A stretch of DNA of 64,000 nucleotides from Styela clava (Eukaryota). The notes beneath the pieces were generated by a model. It had not been told where the DNA came from. It searched no databases and saw only the letters and a program-made list of their open reading frames with translations. Every line of letters starts with the position of its first letter. Position 1 is the stretch's first letter. Shown here one piece after another: positions 60,130 through 64,000 of this stretch. The stretch covers positions 14,198,001 through 14,262,000 of the forward strand of contig NC_135256.1 in assembly GCF_964204865.1 (NCBI RefSeq), given 5' to 3'. A program made the translations under genes and the position numbers.

Positions 60130-63100
60130 GTTTGTTTGTCTTTTATATTTCTATTATTTGTATGAAAAATGTGAAGTAGCTTTGTTTCTGACTTGATTTA
60201 GTCGGGTGCTGTTCTTTTGTACTGTCAATTTTATACGTTTTTATTTATTTTGCTCTGTCTTGGGCCAATTTCTGAACTATGTACACCAAAAAAGTTGAAC
60301 TGGTCCAGACATTTTCGAAAAAACAACAGAACCAAACCCCGTTCTCAACACAACCAAGTGCTCTTACCTATAATGCTCTATTTGCCCAAGCTAATTTCGT
60401 GACACAATTACCACTTTGCTACATTCCTGGTAGGGCTAGGCACCCTTAGCTACATTTTTGTTCATGTTCAAGTGGTTCGCATGCTTTTGTGCTCAATTTT
60501 TCAATATTGGATCCTGTCGAGACGGCTAAATACGGAATACTGGCTGAAAATTTTGTAAATTCTATTGTGATGGTAGCATTTTTTGCCAAGTCAAGTCTGA
60601 AAAAGAATGCAATACGGTCGTGTATTTCAATTACTGTTGATCAGCATTCACAATGAATTATTGTGCTTTACCGTTATGTTTATGCTTTGCTGGTGGAAGG
60701 CTTTTTTTTGTATTGCTTTCAAATTTTCGTGTGGCAACATCAAAATATACCGTAAATCTGAAAATCAGCACGATTCCATATGATATGGACATATACTTGT
60801 ACTCATGCGAACTAGATAACATATTCAAAATATTATAAGTTTCCATTAGCTTATTGATAATAATATTGCCTCTATTAACGTATATATTGAAATTGATATA
60901 AGTGATGTTTGTCAAATGGGTGGGGCGGATTATCAAAATCATAGGGCATGTCTGCAGATGTACTTACATAAGTATGTACTCATGTCCTTACCAGTTAACC
61001 AAATGTATAAATTTTCAAGCACTTGGAGATACAACGTTACGTTTATCAATAGTCAACATAGGCTAAAAAACTCTTTTCATGATGATAGTTGATTTATTGT
61101 GCAGTTGGACCAACTAAATTTAAATATGGTCATAAGTTTGACAGTAATCACGACATTGTTTCAGTGTGATCAATACTAAATAGAAAATTTGTATTCTTTT
61201 TAGAATTTCTAGCTTGTCACACACATAAGTTCAGTCCAAATCGAAATAACTACCTTATGAACGAAATATATCTATATCTGAAATTTTTTCGGGGGGATTC
61301 GCTATTACTAGCTTCTCAAAAGTCGGTCTGCTTGACTTTGGCAACCATTTCAATTTTTGTTTCGTTCCTGGCCTTTGCTGCAACCTGTTAGCGAGTTTGT
61401 TCACATTCGAATTAATGCTTGTGTATTCGATTTAATCAAATTTTCACGAAAAAAGTTGATTATTTGAATATCGATTTTAACCCAATATTAGTCTGTAACC
61501 AAAATAAAATAGGATCAATAGAATTTCAATCAATATTTACCAAATCAATATCACCTAATTTTCAACCCTTCTCAACATATATTTTCCGGTAAACGCTGTG
61601 TGTTTTTAAAGATACAAAAAAACAAATTATACAAAGTTGGATCTGAAGCTGAAAGCCACGGTTACGCAATAGACGTTTGGAACTATCCGTCAATATTTTA
61701 CATATCATTTTGCCTTTGCGTTTCGGATTTTCAATCAATTTGCTAGCATGAGAGTACTCAATCCAAAAAAAAATCATATCGCATTTAAACATTACAAAAA
61801 ACTAGAAAAATTGTGTCACATAACTGAAATACCATATGTACGGTTAATAGATTGCAAAAAAAAAATAATTTATGTGCCTAAAGCCCTAATTGTATCTAGG
61901 TTTTCACATTTGAATAGGTTACCTATCTATATTTAAAGATGGTTTTAAGTTGTGTAGTTGTGTAATAACATATGACTTTTGGCATCCCAGACCTTGCATT
62001 CGCACGCTATTTTGCTGTTGAACGTAGCTGGAAATTCGAATTCGTCATTTCTCCCTATGGGCTAGCATGTACATTGAATACAGTTAATTAGTGTACCTAT
62101 TTCCAAGGATTCGATACTATAACAGTTGACATAGCGTAGTTTCTATTTATTCGTATCTGAAATAAACAAGTCTAGACTTTACACCTAAGTTCCTGCATAA
62201 CTCGAATGCCTTCTACGTGGGTGACTGATAAAGTGATAATGCTTATATACATTTTTGTTTGGCCACGTATTTTCGCTCTATTAGAAAGAGGCAATCAGTT
62301 AAAATTCCATACGGGAATCCGTATCAATATTTTATATCTGAATAGTATATGGTGAAGGGTAGTACATGTACATGTACGAGGTACATGTACCTCGCTCCAA
62401 ACGACACCCACCAAAGTATACATTACGTCATGCATCATCACTGTTATTTAAGACAATGTTATGTATGCTCAGCCTAAAAGTTTTATTGGGGTCGCCGTCG
62501 CGACGATCGAAATTTAAGAGTATTAAATCATACCAGATATTTTGACATCGTTGTAATGGTAATATATTGAGGTTTCATCGGTTGCGTGCCATTTGCTACG
62601 AGGTTCAAGCAGTTTCTTTTCGGTTAGGAACTTAGTATGAAGATGTAACTGATATTATATTATAAAGAAATGCCTTTGGATTTTGGTAAATTTAGGTATT
62701 TTCCGTATGTTAGTATTTTTTAATATTTCCATGATTTGTATATCTTTCTAATGCATGTACTCGTTTATTCTAAATAAATGATCTCGTGTTTAGAATCAAA
62801 TTTGGTTCAGCTCTCAGCTCTCATTTTGTCAAACACGTTCTGCGTGTGGACGTACGTCAACGAAAATTGGAAAAAATTCCTAATTTGTTAAGTCCTTACA
62901 ACATATACCATATTTAGACTTCCTTTGATTAGAGTCTGCAATACGTCCTATAAATAAATTCATACCGTGCCATGACGGATGTGCTTCTTATCCGCGTGTT
63001 TATTGCGGAAATTTCAATCTGTGCTGCATAATGATACATATTTTTATATGGGCAACTTCATAATTACCGTATGCATGGACACAAATTCAAAATTGGAAAT

Positions 63101-64000
63101 ATTTTTAATTCAGCTGTATTTTCATCATGTAATGATTTATTAGTTTCAAGTAACGATTCCTCGGATATCTTTGTCGAGTGATTGATGACAACGTTATATC
63201 ACGAATAGCGCGCCAGGGCCACATTTGGTATTTTTGCCATTTTACTACCTCTTTGATAAATGTTCAAAAAAATTTTTTTTCTAATTGCACAAGAAAATTT
63301 ATCAACTATATAATTTGTTGGTCCCTGCATCGACTAAATCGAATAAAAAACTCAAATACACATTGATTAAAATAAAATAAACCTGGTTAAGATATATTAA
63401 TAACTAAATTCATAACCAAATTGAAATTGTAACGAAATTTCATCAATAAATCTGAATAATAAAAGTTCAAAATTCGTCCATGAATGCTATTGAAACATAA
63501 AAGATTACCGGTATATAGAAAATGATAAAATATATTTGAAATTGTGTTATGCTTCGAAATTGAAGAAGTGCGCAGTTTCACTTTCTGTTGCCACAGTTCA
63601 TCAGTTGTTGGCCATGAGATTAGCTTTTATTGTAATTGAATCAGGCTTGCTGGTGCTCTGTGTAATCGTCATTCAGTCGCATATAACTGCTCATAGTAGA
63701 GTGTATAGGTTTTTCTCACTACCTAACTACTGAGTTCGCTCCATTTGGTAGCTACGTCATTGTCACGCCCCTATCGCATGTTTTTTGGGTATAAGGTCAT
63801 TGCCCCATGTTTTAGGAGTGTCCTAACCATGACAATAATCATATTACTTTTCATGTTTTTATGAGTATATAGGTGTGTCTGTAAGAACATTCTGGAGTTT
63901 TTTGGCCGTCGGATTTTGAAGTCGTGTGTAAAATTAATTGACGATAAACTTCAGTAACATATACGTTGTAATTAAAATCAACGTTTATTTCTTTTCTCTG

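Noticed and set aside
45186-64000. TEAD (CATTCC/GGAATG) site enrichment in NUAK introns
   Set aside because: The handful of sites seen is about what a 6-mer gives by chance in 19 kb at this base composition.

Overview
AT-rich, intron-containing animal genomic DNA. The compact genes, mosaic CpG content and MASP-type complement gene suggest an invertebrate chordate, probably an ascidian; that identification is inference. Seven protein-coding genes were rebuilt by hand from GT-AG exon chains with consistent reading phase: (1) a 324-aa extended SDR nucleotide-sugar epimerase/dehydratase of bacterial-looking type (-, 1206-6604); (2) a secreted 388-aa CUB-EGF-CUB-CCP protein that stops right after its single CCP domain, i.e. 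a protease-less MASP relative with MAp44 architecture that appears to be its own gene (-, 9830-17371); (3) RagA/B (+, 21522-24103); (4) CWC15 (-, 24175-25776), tail-to-tail with RagA/B with 71 nt between the stop codons; (5) LRR1 with an intronless CDS (-, 27318-28556), directly upstream of CWC15 in a possible operon; (6) ODAD1/CCDC63-family outer dynein arm docking subunit (+, 31058-40827) with an RFX X-box upstream; (7) the 5' part of a NUAK kinase (+, from 44985, continuing past the window end). Introns and spacers hold many non-autonomous elements: hAT MITEs with 8-bp TSDs, a MULE-type MITE with a 9-bp TSD, a three-copy HINE/DINE-1-like family, a tRNA-derived SINE and a LINE 3' fragment. 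The best leads are the stand-alone MAp44-like gene, the bacterial-type sugar epimerase, and the compact RagA><CWC15<LRR1<>ODAD1 cluster.
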